DNA of 64,000 nucleotides, from positions 98,086,001 through 98,150,000 of the forward strand of contig CM059432.1 in NCBI GenBank assembly GCA_030390025.1, given 5' to 3'. Origin of the DNA: Squalus acanthias (taxonomy: Eukaryota). The first letter of the stretch is position 1. Every line of letters begins with the position of its first letter. This document shows positions 12,766 to 24,690 of this stretch, in pieces. The notes below the pieces were generated by a model. The model did not search any database. It saw only the letters and a program-made list of their open reading frames with translations, and was not told where the DNA came from. The translations under genes and the position numbers were made by a program.

Positions 12766-13917
12766 ATGGGGGCTGCACTGAATGGGGGCGTTGTCCTGCT
12801 CCAGCTGAATCGGAGGACACAGAGACGCAGAGAGAGAGTGGCAATGATGGCCAGACGGAGGAGGGCCAACAGGCGTATGTACAGGAGAGCTTACCCTCCC
12901 AGGGTATATCGTGAACAGCTCTCCTACATTCATTTGTCTGAGGAGCTGTGTTTGCGAAGGCTGTGATTCAGCAAGGAGGTGGTCACTGAGCTCTGCCACC
13001 TGCTGCAGCCAGATCTGCAGCCTCAACTGAGGTACAGGACGTCTCTGTCGGTGGCAGTGAAGGTCACAGTGGCTCTCAACTTCTATGCTACTGGCTCATT
13101 TCAAGCTGCTGCTGGGGACCTCGCCAATATCTCCCAGTTCGCGGTGCATTGCTGCATCCGGCAGGTCACAAATGCCCTCTTTAAAAGGAGACGAGAGTTC
13201 ATCTCTTTCCCCATGACCCCAGACAAGCAGCGTGACCGCGCTCTGGGCTTTGCGAGGATAGCGGGCTTCCCCATGGTGCAGGGCGCCATTGACTGCACGC
13301 ATGTGGCTTTGTGTGCTCCACATGAGAATGCCGAGGAATTCCGGAACAGAAAGGGGTTCCATTCCTTGAATGTTCAGTTGGTCTGTGACCACAGACAGCT
13401 GATACTCGTTGTCAATGCCCACTATCCTGGCAGCTGCCACGATGCTTTCATCCTGCGCCAGACTACTGTGGCAGAACTTTTCGAGGCACCGCATCAGCCA
13501 GTAGGTTGGCTTCTCGGGGACAAGGGGTATCCATTGAGCACCTGGCTGATGACACCGCTCCGTACGCCCAACACCCCTGCTGAGCTGCGGTACAATGAGA
13601 GCCATCAAGCTACCAGGAACATCATTGAGCGCACAATCGGCGTGCTGAAGCAACGGTTCCGCTGTCTCGACCATTCTGGAGGAGCCCTGCAGTACTCGCC
13701 TGAGCGAGTATCCAACTTCGTAGTTGTGTGCTGCATGTTGCATAACATGGCAATCGTCAGGACCCAGCCAATGCCACCAGGCCTTGGAGCACCACCAGAG
13801 GAGGAGGAGGAAGAGGAGGAGGAGGATGATCATCAGCAGCACCAAGGCGGGAGGGCGGCCCACAATGGTGAAACTGCAAGGGCCATCCGTCAACGGCTGA
13901 TAGCAAGCCGCTTCTAG
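12766..13917 (+). pseudogene. Harbinger (HARBI1-like, DDE_Tnp_4) transposase, 383 codons, one in-frame TGA at 12964-12966
   Basis: Catalytic motifs GAIDCTH, LLGDKGY, IERTIG intact; [36 protein letters not shown]; ORFs 12697 and 12979 are in the same frame. Confidence 0.93.
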
Positions 13918-14229
13918 GGCCCCTGCTGTGGAAATGGCTTCTGCCATTGCTAACAACATCAATGAACCCAGCACGCAACCCCTAAGCTGGCCAAGGCACC
14001 AATGATTCCAAACACCAAACATGTATATTTTGAATACAAAAACTTATTTATTTTACAAACTCTGTGTGTGTCATTTCCTCATGACAAACTCATAGAAATA
14101 AACACAAAAAAACAGTCATTAACATAACTGGTTCTCACAACCTGGAGATAATGTCCAAAACACTAGACAAAAGTTGGACCACGAACCTCGGCCTTTAATA
14201 AAAAAATGACCAGCATTTTGTCACACCTC

Positions 14230-16157
14230 CTACTTTTTGCCCTTCGAGGGTGATCTCCTTCCCTTGCGCACTTCCCCCCTTCTAACCCTACTGCTCCTCC
14301 GTAATGGGACCTCAGTGGCTGCAGCAAGGCTGGTGGAAGGCTGCTGCTCGTCAGACCCTGACACTGCAGATGCCCCTGAAGGACGGCCTCGACCAGTTCT
14401 GGGCCTGGAGGACCCGGCTGCAGACTGCACCAACTCTGCATGGGCGGCAGCAGTCTGTCCTACAGGCAGTGGCAAGTGCAGTGGAGAAGTGACAGTGTTG
14501 GCAGCAGGAATGCTGTCATCGTGAGAGAGGACAGCAACTCCCTGCTCACCCAACACACTGGCACTCCCACGGGGCAGCACTTCAGCATCCGGAGCAATCT
14601 GCTGGAGCACAGATTGCTGGCCTGCTGCGGTGCGGTGAGAGCCCCGGGGACATGTGAACGAACCATCGAGGTTGGCAGCAGTCAGTGCTCGCGTGGCCTC
14701 AATCTGAGTCTGCATGAGAGCAGTCAGAGATGGGATCACGGCAGTCAGTTACTGAATTGCAGCACTAAGCGTTAGTGTGGCATCCGCCTGTGCTACAGCG
14801 AAGTGCTCCACACTCCTTGCCAGTGACTCAATGCATTCGGGCACCCTTCCCACTGCACCCATGAGCTCAGAGTGCATGCCCACCGCCTGGGTGTTCATTT
14901 CTGCGATCAGCCGCTCCTCCTCTGCGTCCATTGCAGTAGGAGTCTCTGGCATACTCTCCCTCTGGGGAGAAGGCCCCCGTTCTTCCCTACCCCCATGGCG
15001 TTGCTGCAGCCCGCTGGGTCCTGGAGCTTCACCCTCATCAGACCCTTCCCCCCTGCTCCCCTCCAGGGAAGGCGTGTTCCCAGTGTGGGCATGGGCTTCC
15101 TCGGGAGAGGGTGGCACTGATGCTCCGGCTTCCTCTTCCTCCTCGGCTGCAGCTTCACTCCCACTGGCAGCTTCAGGGCCCGTCTCCTCAGCTGGTGAAT
15201 CACCATCTGAAAGCAGGGAGGTACAAGAGTGGCTTTAGCGTGAGGACAGGGTGGCAGCAAGGGAGGAATAAGTGCAGCGAGTTAGCAAGTTGGATTGAAA
15301 GTGTCAAAGGCTGGTGTTGTGAGGGACAAGTGGAAGGACAGAGGACAAAAAGGTGATGACCTTACCATTGCTGTCCAGAACGGGGTCGGCGTCTCCAGTG
15401 GCGACGGGACCGATCACCCGGCTTGCCACAATCCTGTGGACGCGCTCCTCAAGATCGCTGAGGGGTTGCAGCTGAGGCCGCCCTCCACCTGTCCGTTGCT
15501 GCTGTCTCCTATTATGCACCAGCTTGGCCTGCAAGAAAAAGGACAGCATCTGAGTAAATATACAGCCATGGTCTTGCCTGATGTGCCTCCCATAGGTGAA
15601 TAGCCCTTACTGTATGCAGCCATGGTCTTGCCTGATGTGCCTCCCATAGGTGAATAGCCCTTACTGTATGCAGCCATGGTCTTGCCTGATGTGCCTCCCA
15701 TAGGTGAATAGCCCTTACTGTATGCAGCCATGGTCTTGCCTGATGTGCCTCCCATAGGTGAATAGCCCTTACTGTATGCAAAGTGTGGAATGTGTGTGTG
15801 TGTTTCATGAAAGGGCCATAGGTGTTGGATGAGTGTTGTGCATTGGGGTTTTAAGACCCTCTGGCCATAGAGTGAGGTTGAGATGGAGGGATGGAGAGGT
15901 ATTGAGAAAAAGCCACTCACCCTGACGACCCGAGTGAGGTCGTTGAACTTTTTGCGGCATTGAACATGGGTCCTGGGCACCATGCTCCTGGAGGAGACGC
16001 TCTGAGCCACCTCCCTCCACACTCTTCTGTACTCGCGTGGCAAAGGCCTCCTGCCACTCTCAGGGAAGAGTATACATCTTCTGCGCTCCACCGCGCCAAC
16101 CAGAGCATCCAAGGCCCGCTCGGTGAAGCGCTGAGCTCGTTCTCTCACCCTCTCCAT
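14230..16157 (-). pseudogene. Harbinger Myb/SANT(trihelix)-like DNA-binding protein, 3 exons (16157-15921, 15528-15366, 15206-14230), 458 codons, one in-frame TAA at 14749-14751
   Basis: RF...L..LV...W.EVA...RT.VQCRKKFNDL motif; RTGGG motif in exon 2; GT-AG sites (GTGAGT, TTGCAG, GTAAG, TTTCAG) whose phases 0 and 1 join into one frame. Confidence 0.88.
15563..15778. repeat. Perfect 54-bp tandem repeat x4 in intron 1 of the Myb-like gene
   Basis: Unit CAGCCATGGTCTTGCCTGATGTGCCTCCCATAGGTGAATAGCCCTTACTGTATG, no spacers. Confidence 0.97.
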
Positions 16158-16771
16158 CCTTGGCAGCAAAATGGATTCACAGGTCTCTCCAGGCCGAGAT
16201 TCAAGGCTGCAATGAGCAGGGTGTGGCTGGGGAGCAAGTTGGCCCCCCCCCGCTTTAAGAACTGGCCGGCGCCAGTGTGTCTGTGTTCTCTCGCTAACTG
16301 GCAGCACCTGCGCTGCGCTCGCGCGCTGAGTTAGCGCCTCACTGCTCGGCCTTTGCGCCTTAAGACAGGTGTGCAGCGCCTGATTTAGCGCTCCACTCAC
16401 CTCCCGGGGCGGTAAAAGTGAAGTTTCCAGTCAGTGGCGATAATTAGCGCCAGGCGCTAATTTTTGCGTCCAGACGATATTTGCGCCCCAAACGGGGCGC
16501 GACCTAATTTTTCCCCCAATGTATCTCTGTTAGATTCAATTTGACATAAAAGATACACTTATTAATGAAAGAACACTTTATTAGTGAAGAACCGGCCAGC
16601 AAACAAACCAAGATACAGGGTTAAGGGACAGGACATATATTAAAGCACAGCTAATGAAAGTGTCTCATTCACATGTGAATACTTAAATGTTATTTAATTT
16701 TTCATTTAAATAAGCAAAATGAAGCTTACAAAGTTTAAGGATGACTCAGTCACTCCTAACACAGAAATATG

Positions 16772-17135
16772 AGCCCCAATTTTAACCCTGCCTGCCAGGT
16801 GAGAATGGTGCAGTTGTGGGGTTCCCACCCACCGTCATTTTAACCCCTGAGTTTTTGGCAGCATTGAGACTGCCCACTACAGGCAGATAGGGGCATCATA
16901 AATATTTAAATGTTGTGATCCAAATTATGTAATTCAGATCCTCAACACTTGAACACTTACCTTATGATGGAAAACGTTCCCTCAGGTCCCTTTAAACGGC
17001 CTTGTGCTGCCAAAAATAGCACATTTAAATGAGGCCTGGGAGTTCAATTGGCCTCACACTGGCACCATCATGGGCGCTTCCAGCCCATTCTGGTTCCTGC
17101 ATGCCGCACTCACGTCCTGAGTTAAAATTGGGGCT
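16772..17135. mobile_element. Harbinger-type MITE
   Basis: Perfect 15-bp TIR AGCCCCAATTTTAAC / GTTAAAATTGGGGCT; TSD ATG. Confidence 0.88.
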
Positions 17136-18649
17136 ATGATTTCCGCTAAAATAATGGCTGCCATTATTCTACACCTGCAAGACTGAAACTGGTAAACATA
17201 GATTCTGTTTAGAACACTCCAGACCACAGTTATACAGTGTGCTCCACATCACCAGTCTTCCACTGAGCTCAGCCAGAAGAGAGTTCTGTGTTTGCATGTT
17301 TATATATATATGTGAATGCATCTGCCCCTGGGACAGGATCGGCCACACTCTCAACGCATCAAAAAGAGACTGCTTAAGTTTATAAAAACAGTCCAACACA
17401 ATCCAGGCATTTTATAAAATAGTTTCACAATAGGCCCAGTTACACCACACCACACCCAGAGCAAAAGTAGAGGAATAGAAACCTACTAGGGTTGGTTTTG
17501 TTTCTGAAGTCAAAATGTGGCAGGTCTCACATTGATAGAAGGCAGCAATAAAATGGTAACTTATATTACCGAAAGCACGTTAATTCCTTAAATTGCATAA
17601 ACAGTTTTAGTTACATTTAGTATTAACTGGATTTTATGCATAATATTAACTATACAGATCTTTTGAATTAAGCCCTATTCTTCATAACAAGCTTCAGGCA
17701 ATGGATGTTACTGAGACTCTCAATACAGAGCTCAGAAATGCTTTCATTTCTTGAGTAAGACTTACCTTCTAAGATGCTTGCTAAGACTAACTGATACCAG
17801 GTGCTTTTGGAAGAAGATCGGGAAGGGGAAAATCCCTCCTGTAGATAGTGTTATCAAAAAAATTGGAGCGAGTAAAAAAAGGGAAATTCCCAACAGGAAG
17901 TTATCAGCAGAGGAATTTCACCCGCAAGATTCTCATCTATACCGTATTGTAATCAATTTTCTAAAATATGAGCAAGTAGCTGAGCAAGACTAGCAAGGCA
18001 AATCCTACTTGATGAGATGAGAAGAAAATGTTAGACATAAATAGAATTAAAAAATTGGATACAAAATAAATCATCCCTAAGATACACCTTCAGTGGAAAG
18101 GAAGATTGAGTGTATTACAGGCGGCTGATCCGCAACCACCAGTTTTCCACCCGCGGTCAAAGTGAAAATGACCCCCTGTCTCTTGTTAGCAAAGCCAGGT
18201 TTATATCCCACAATTAAGAAACATTATGGAATTTGTTTTCTGCTTTTTCAAACTCGGGTGCTAATGTTGCCATTTTCTGTTTATTTTAACAACAACAAAT
18301 AGAAATGCTAATGACTTCAGTTTTCTCTTTGGCAAATTCCATTCCATAGCCTTACTGACAGACAGAAGCGTGAACAGTCAGTGATTGCCTCCAATAATGC
18401 GGATTATGGGACTCTCAAGTGGGATAAGAACCAGCAAGACGAAAGTCACTAATGCAGGTCAGGAATGAACAGGAATTTCGAAAAAAAATTAAGCAGAGCG
18501 GCAAATTTGTACAGTCCGATTCACTGATGTGACCAATTCCGGATTTTGAAACACTGATTTATAGAAATAGAGGCATCAAAACAGAAGAAATTGTTGTTAA
18601 ATGTGTAATAAACCTTAGCATTCTTTGAAAGGATGAGTGTAGGTCAATA

Positions 18650-19195
18650 AAACCATTAAAAAGGCTATTAACATCTTGAGTTTTATAAACAGGGAAATAA
18701 AGTGCAAGAGTAAAGAGGCAAAATGTAAATATCTACAAGGCCATGATTAGGCCACAGTTAGAGTACATTGTGCAGTTTTGGGTGCCCCATATAGCCGCAG
18801 AGTACGTACTATACAGATTCATCAGCATGATGCCAGGAATGAGAACTATAGCTTTGAGCAGAGACTTGAGCTACTGGACTATTTCCACCGGAGCAGAGAA
18901 GGCTAAGAAAAGATTTAATAGAGGTTTTTAAAATGATGAAGTGTTTTGATGAAGTGAATAGGGAAAGTGTATTTCTTTATGCAAAGGAGCATGGAATGTT
19001 TTGCTACAAGGAGTGGTTGGGAGAGATACCATTACAACTTTTAAGTGGATTAATATTTAAAGTAGAGGAAGGTAGAAGGAAATGGAGAGAGAGCAGGGCA
19101 GTGGGATTAGTTTTAGAGTAGTCTAGCAAAGAGCTAACACAGACACAAATGGGCTGAACGGCCTCCTTCCATACTGTAAATTTCTATAGTTCTAT
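18650..19195 (+). mobile_element. Old CR1 3' fragment
   Basis: IRPQLEYIVQFWVPH remnant and CR1-type tail. Confidence 0.75.
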
Positions 19196-19619
19196 AAAGT
19201 TTTTAAATCAGAAATAAAGAATAAACCAGAATTCAGGTTTTAAAATTAGTTTTACATCATTTGCTTTTTTAGGTTGTACTGAAAATTAAGAATTTCAATT
19301 TCTCATGAGAGAGCATCAAATATGCACCTTAGCAGCATGTGGGAGCTTTTCAACAGTTTACTGTTAATCTGTCTAACATGCACCCTGAGTCCAAAAAATA
19401 TAAGGTGCAGTTGTTGCCAGGCTCAGCTGAGACTGGCAGAAGTGAGGAATTTCAAAGCCTTAGGACAGCTTGAGAAATGAGTAATGAGTAATGATTACTG
19501 CAGCTGAGAACAACCTTTTGGAGCAATTTATTTTTTGCTTTGAGCCTAGAAAGCTTTGGACTTGCTTCAGCATGCTTGTGGGAATGTGAGACCACCGGGA
19601 GATTTTGTGCCTCCATTCC

Positions 19620-20315
19620 CGAAACAGTGAGAGCTTTGCAAGAACAGGTCCTATGAAGACCATAGTGAGGAGATGTGTACTAGAAGAATGCATTTCACCA
19701 AAGAGGCTATAGGTGAGCTCTGTCAGCTAGAACATGAGGACAGTTATCTGCCCAGATAGCTCTCTATGATGGTCACAATTGTACTCAACTGTTATTGTGG
19801 CAGGTCATTTCAGGCAGCCACGGGGAATCTTGTACTATCACCCAGGGTGCTGTCCAGGTCGGCGCTTGTTAGGTGAGTGATGCACTACTTAGCACAGCTG
19901 GGGAATGGATACAGTTTGGTATTGCAGCAAGGCAGCAGCAGGATAGCAGCATCTAGTTTGCTGGCTTTCTCAAGGTCTATGGTGCAATAGATTTGCATTG
20001 TTTGACAGCTCCTACAATTAACTTCCTCAACAGAAAGTGGTTCCACTTCCTGAATGCACAGATTATGTGTGACAATATTCTAAGATCCTCCATATCAACA
20101 CCTGAAATTTGCCACAATGCATTCCTCCTTCAGAATCTGGCCCTGCTAGGAGTACTACAACGAGGCACATGATTCTACCAGATTGGTCATTGATAGGATC
20201 ATCAGGGTTTTAAAGGGGTGATTTTGCTGCTTTGACAGGATCAGGAGGGGCTCTGTAACATGCGCCAGCTCATGTGTGCCATATAGTTGTAGGCTACTGT
20301 GCCTTGCACAACTGA
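19620..20315 (+). pseudogene. Highly decayed Harbinger transposase
   Basis: Remnants SEEMCTRRMHFTKEAIGELCQL, SFQAATG, AGFLKVYGAID, NRKWFHFLNAQIMCD, CALHN. Confidence 0.75.
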
Positions 20316-20574
20316 AGGACCTGGTTACAAACATCCCTGGAGAGCTGCTCGAGCTGCTTGAGAGGCACTATGGAAGATAGCATCAGGATGACCGTCACTC
20401 CGAGGACTCCTCAGTGAGTACTGCAAAGAGTATCTGATCACTAAAGCAGTCTCATCCATTTAATGCATTTGAGCTGGGAGTGAGAAAGCAAGTGATGCAG
20501 GGAGTGACATCATGGAGGTTGTGATGGAGGAACATGGGGCACAATCTAGGTCCAGGAACACATGGGTGGGTTTG

Positions 20575-20690
20575 ATGATCACATCCTCTCAATCATCTTC
20601 ATCATAATCCTCCTCAACATCATCATCATGATTTCCGTTCTTCTCCTCATCATCATTATTATTATCATCATCATCTTTCGCCTCCTCAAT
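20575..20690. repeat. (ATC/CTC)n low-complexity tract
   Basis: Seen directly. Confidence 0.7.
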
Positions 20691-21191
20691 CCCCCATTGT
20701 TGTGGTGGGTCTGTAGGAAAGGAGGGTATAAGTTGAGAATGAGTGAGCATTGGCATTAAGGTGATAGAGAAGGTGGTGGAAGTTTATGACTGTGAGTTGC
20801 TTCACAGGGATGTCACAGCAACTGTGCAAGTGTGTGCCCACTAACCTGATGCTGTCAGTGTGCCACAAACCTTGCCATCTCCCACAGCTAGAGCAGAGTG
20901 CCTCACCAAAGTTCCATGGCCTGCTTCTCATAGGGAGTACACTTTAATGTCGAGGATGCCCCTTCTACTAACATGCATTGTCGTAAATTTCTCCTGCAAC
21001 AAGATTGAGTAAATTAGGTGAAGGCTAGCAATTGAGGGCAGTCTCATTGACGGTATTGACCTGCTGATGTAAGTGATGTGGTGGACAAAGAGGTTTTAGG
21101 GTTGTGCATGTAATTAATTGCTGTTGGGAGAGCTGGCTACATATACTGTAAGATCCTGAGTCAGTACCCCCTTAACTAGTGTGAAGGGTTT

Positions 21192-22876
21192 ACATAAGAA
21201 CATAAGAAATAAGAGCAGGGGTAGGCCATACGGCCCCTCGAGCCTGCTCTGCCATTCAATAAGATCATGGCTGATCATCGACCTCAACTCCACTTTCCCG
21301 CTCGATCTCCATTTCCCTTGATTCCCCTAGAGTCAAAAAATCTATCTATCTCAGCCTTGAATATACTCAAAGACTCATCATTCACAGCCCTCTGGGGCAG
21401 AGAATTCCAAAGATTCACAACCCTCTGAGTGAAGAAATTCCTCCTCATCTCAGTCTTAAATGGCCTACCCCTTATCCTGAGACTATGCCCCCTAGTTCTA
21501 GACACTCCAGCCAGGGGAAACAACCTTTCAGCATCTGCCCTGTCAATCCCCTTCAGAATCTTGTATGTTTCAATGAGATCACCTCTCATTCTTCTAAACT
21601 CCAGAGAGTATAGGCCCATTCTACACAATCTCTCATCATAGGACAGCCCTCTCATCCCAGGAATCAATCTAGTGAACCTTTGTTGCACTGCCTACAAGGC
21701 AAGTATATCCTTCCTTAGATAAGGAGACCAAAACTGTGCACAGTACTCCAGGTGTGGTCTCACCAAAGCCCTGTACAATTGTAGCAAGACTTCCTTACTC
21801 TTATACTCCATCCCCCTTGCAATAAAGGCCAACATGCCATTTGCCTTCCTTATTGCTTGCTGTACCTGCATGCTAGCTTTCTGTGTTTCTTGCACGAGGA
21901 CACCCAAATCTCTCTGAACACCAACATTTGAAAGTTTCTCACTATTTAAAATTATTCTGTTTCTCTATTCTTCCTACCAAAGTGAATAATCTCACATTTC
22001 CCTACATTATACTCCATCTGCCACCTTACTGTCCACTCACTCAGTCTAACTATATCCCTTTGCAAACTCTTTGTGTTCTCCTCACAGCTTACTGTCCCAC
22101 CTAGCTTTGTATCATCAGCAAACTTGGATACATTACACTCGGTCCCTTCATCTAGGTCATTAATATAGATTGTAAATAGCTGAGGTCCCAACACGGATCC
22201 TTGCAGCACCCCACTAGTTAAAGCCTGCCAACCTGAAAAAAATCCGTTTATCCCTACTCTCTGTTTTCTGCCCATTAACCAATCCTCTATCCATGCTACT
22301 ATATTACCCCCAATCCCATGAGCCCTAATCTTGTGTAATAATTTTTTATGTGGCACCTTATTGAATGCCTTTTGGAAATCCAAATATACTACACCCACTG
22401 GTTCCCCTTTATCTACCCTGCTAGTTACATCCTCAAAAAACTCGAATAAGTTTGACAAACACGATTTCCCTTTCATAACACCATGTTGACACTGCCTACT
22501 CATGTTATGATTTTCTAAGTGACTTGATACCACTTCCTTAACAATGAATTCCAGCATTTTCCTGACGACTGATGTCAGGCTAACTGGCCTGTGTTTTCTC
22601 TCCCTCCTTTCTTGAATAGCAGTGTTACATTTGCGTCCTTCCAATCCGCTAGGATCATTCCAGAATCGAGGGAATTTTGGAAGATCAAAAATAATGCATC
22701 CACTATCTCTTCAGCCACCTCTTTTAGAACCATAGGACGTAGGCCATCGGGTCCAGGGGATTTGTCGGCTTTTAGTCCCATTAGTTTCTCTAGTACTTTT
22801 TCTCTACTTATATTAATTACGTTAAGTTCCTCACCCTCATTAGACCCTTGGTTCCCCATCATTTTTGGTATGCTTT
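21192..22876 (-). mobile_element. CR1 LINE, 5'-truncated RT with stops and frameshifts
   Basis: [48 protein letters not shown]; (TTCTTATG)n tail. Confidence 0.95.
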
Positions 22877-22957
22877 TGCAGTGCAGCTTTTAATTTTAGA
22901 GAGTGACGGGTGTGCCCAGGATGCACAAGCAAGAAAAAGAAGTGGACTCTGTGTTAC

Positions 22958-23140
22958 CTTGTCTGCCCTGGTCAGGTCATTGAACTTCTTGCTGCACTTG
23001 TCTGCAGTTCTGGGGGTAAGAAATTTGTCACTTAGTGCCAGTGCCATCTCCCTCTAAATAATACAAGCAGTCTCCCCCTTCCTTGCTCAATCTTCCCAGG
23101 AGGGTTTGAAGGTCAGTCTCATTGGAAATGTGCACTCTTC
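22958..23140 (-). pseudogene. Decayed Harbinger Myb-like exon 1, probably the partner of the 19620 transposase (split by the CR1)
   Basis: PRTADKCSKKFNDLTRADK followed by donor GTAAC at the same position as in the other copies. Confidence 0.7.
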
Positions 23141-24690
23141 TTTGCAATGTCTATATCCCTTCTTTGGCTGTCTCTGCCAGATCCTCCAGTGGAAAACATT
23201 CCTAGAAATTGGGACAAGGTCACACATAAGCTGTCCAGTACAGCTACTCAGACAGCCAAACATGTTCCTACTTACCTGCTCCTCCCCTAGCCTGTCTTTT
23301 TTTCTCACTCTCTCTCTCTCACAAACAGACACAATCACAGCCCTGCAGTTTTAAAGAAAAGTAGCCTGAATAATGTTTTTGAAATTTTTCCTCTAGATCT
23401 TTTTTAAATGATTTTTTAAGGAACGATTTGCCTTGTCTTCACTTTTTCCATAATCTGTCTCTTCTATTTGTAGTTTTGCTTTTTTAACTTACTTTCTATC
23501 TGTTCCATGCTTTTTATCTTTAAAATAGTGTAAGATGCTTTCTTTACTTTTTATCTATTGTCTCTGAGGCCCCATCTATACAAAAAAAGTTGCATATAAT
23601 TCACTGAAAGAAGGCCTAAAGGGTATTTTATCAATCAACTGAGACCTAGAATTGTGAAGGAGAACTTTGTTGCATTATAGACATGACAAGGTCAATCTTT
23701 GATGTGATTTTCTACCATCAAATGAAGGAAGAATACTGCTGGACAAGTTTTCTCACAGATGCTGCAGGGCCTGGACAAGATAACTCATTCATTGGACAGT
23801 AAGGGTCAAAAAATTATATTATTGAGTCTCTTTTCTTCCCATTCTCCTACTTTTTTAATTAAAAGTTATGTCTAGCATCTGCCTGTAGTGTCAGATTCTT
23901 CAAAGTTTTCTTACTTGAAAGAGTAGCCTCAGGTGTCTCATCTCACAAGTGTGACATTTCAAAGGAGGATATATATGCAGTGCAAAAATTGTGACTGACT
24001 TAAATAACGACTTAACATTTGACTTTTCATTAAAATATCTGATTGGCTAAATGCAAACAATTAAAAGCAATAAAAAGTATCAATGAGGAATGAATAACTC
24101 GCTGAAAGCCAAGCAATCAAATTCCTCAACTTTTTTTTTCAATAATGCCATCCATGAACCAGAAAATGCCTAAAAACTGATCAATAAAATCAGTCAAGTA
24201 TTCCTTCACACTGTTTTGAGGCAACATTTTGAACACAGCTAGAAGTAACATTTATAAAATAACAAATATATAAAAATGTGCAATTCTAAAAAAAAATTAA
24301 ACTGAACCTTAAACCATTGTTCAAAATGCCTACAAGAAGTTTCTCCCACATAAGCTTATTTTTCTATCCAGCGCATGGAGTGTGAGTTAAATATTTCCTC
24401 TTTGCTTTGGGTGGTGGGTATCTCCAGCTCTTATGGACAAACTTTGTCTGTACGAGAGAGATGCATCATGGAAGTTGCACTTTTTACCTATCCCCTTTGA
24501 ACTACAAAATCTAAAGTGCACCACAACAACCTACACCATGACAACCAGGCAGAAAAATGGTGGAAATAAGATCAACATTTTTTGTTTCCAGCATTTTATA
24601 CAGTTTAAGCAGTCAGTTAAAACTCTACAGTAATAGCAATGTTTGGGATGAGTTTTTTTATGCCAAATGGTACTTTGAACCAGAGTCAGT

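Larger units (their letters stand above)
12257..16517 (+). mobile_element. Full-length PIF/Harbinger DNA transposon (4261 bp) with two convergent genes
   Basis: TIRs GGGGTAAAAATT / AATTTTTCCCCC; TSD AAT (12254-12256, 16518-16520); transposase on +, Myb/SANT-like gene on -. Confidence 0.95.

Noticed and set aside
12964..12966. Selenocysteine recoding of the shared TGA
   Set aside because: The homologous residue is Arg rather than Cys, and I saw no SECIS-like element
12979..13917. Domesticated host gene HARBI1 (also 43856-44821)
   Set aside because: Flanked by TIRs and a TSD, paired with a Myb-like gene, multicopy and stop-containing, so these are transposon copies
13096..14022. 308-aa antisense ORF over the transposase
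   Set aside because: Shadow ORF of GC-rich coding sequence; not open at comparable length in the 43613 copy
15563..15778. CRISPR-like array next to a nuclease
   Set aside because: Head-to-tail identical units with no spacers; lies in an intron
15414..16400. 328-aa single-exon protein
   Set aside because: Made of 5' non-coding sequence, exon 1 and intron read-through; the spliced model matches the other families
17767..17838. 72-bp minus-strand exon candidate (CTACAG...GTAAGT)
   Set aside because: The acceptor overlaps what looks like a small decayed MITE (~17825-17923) and the peptide is not recognisable
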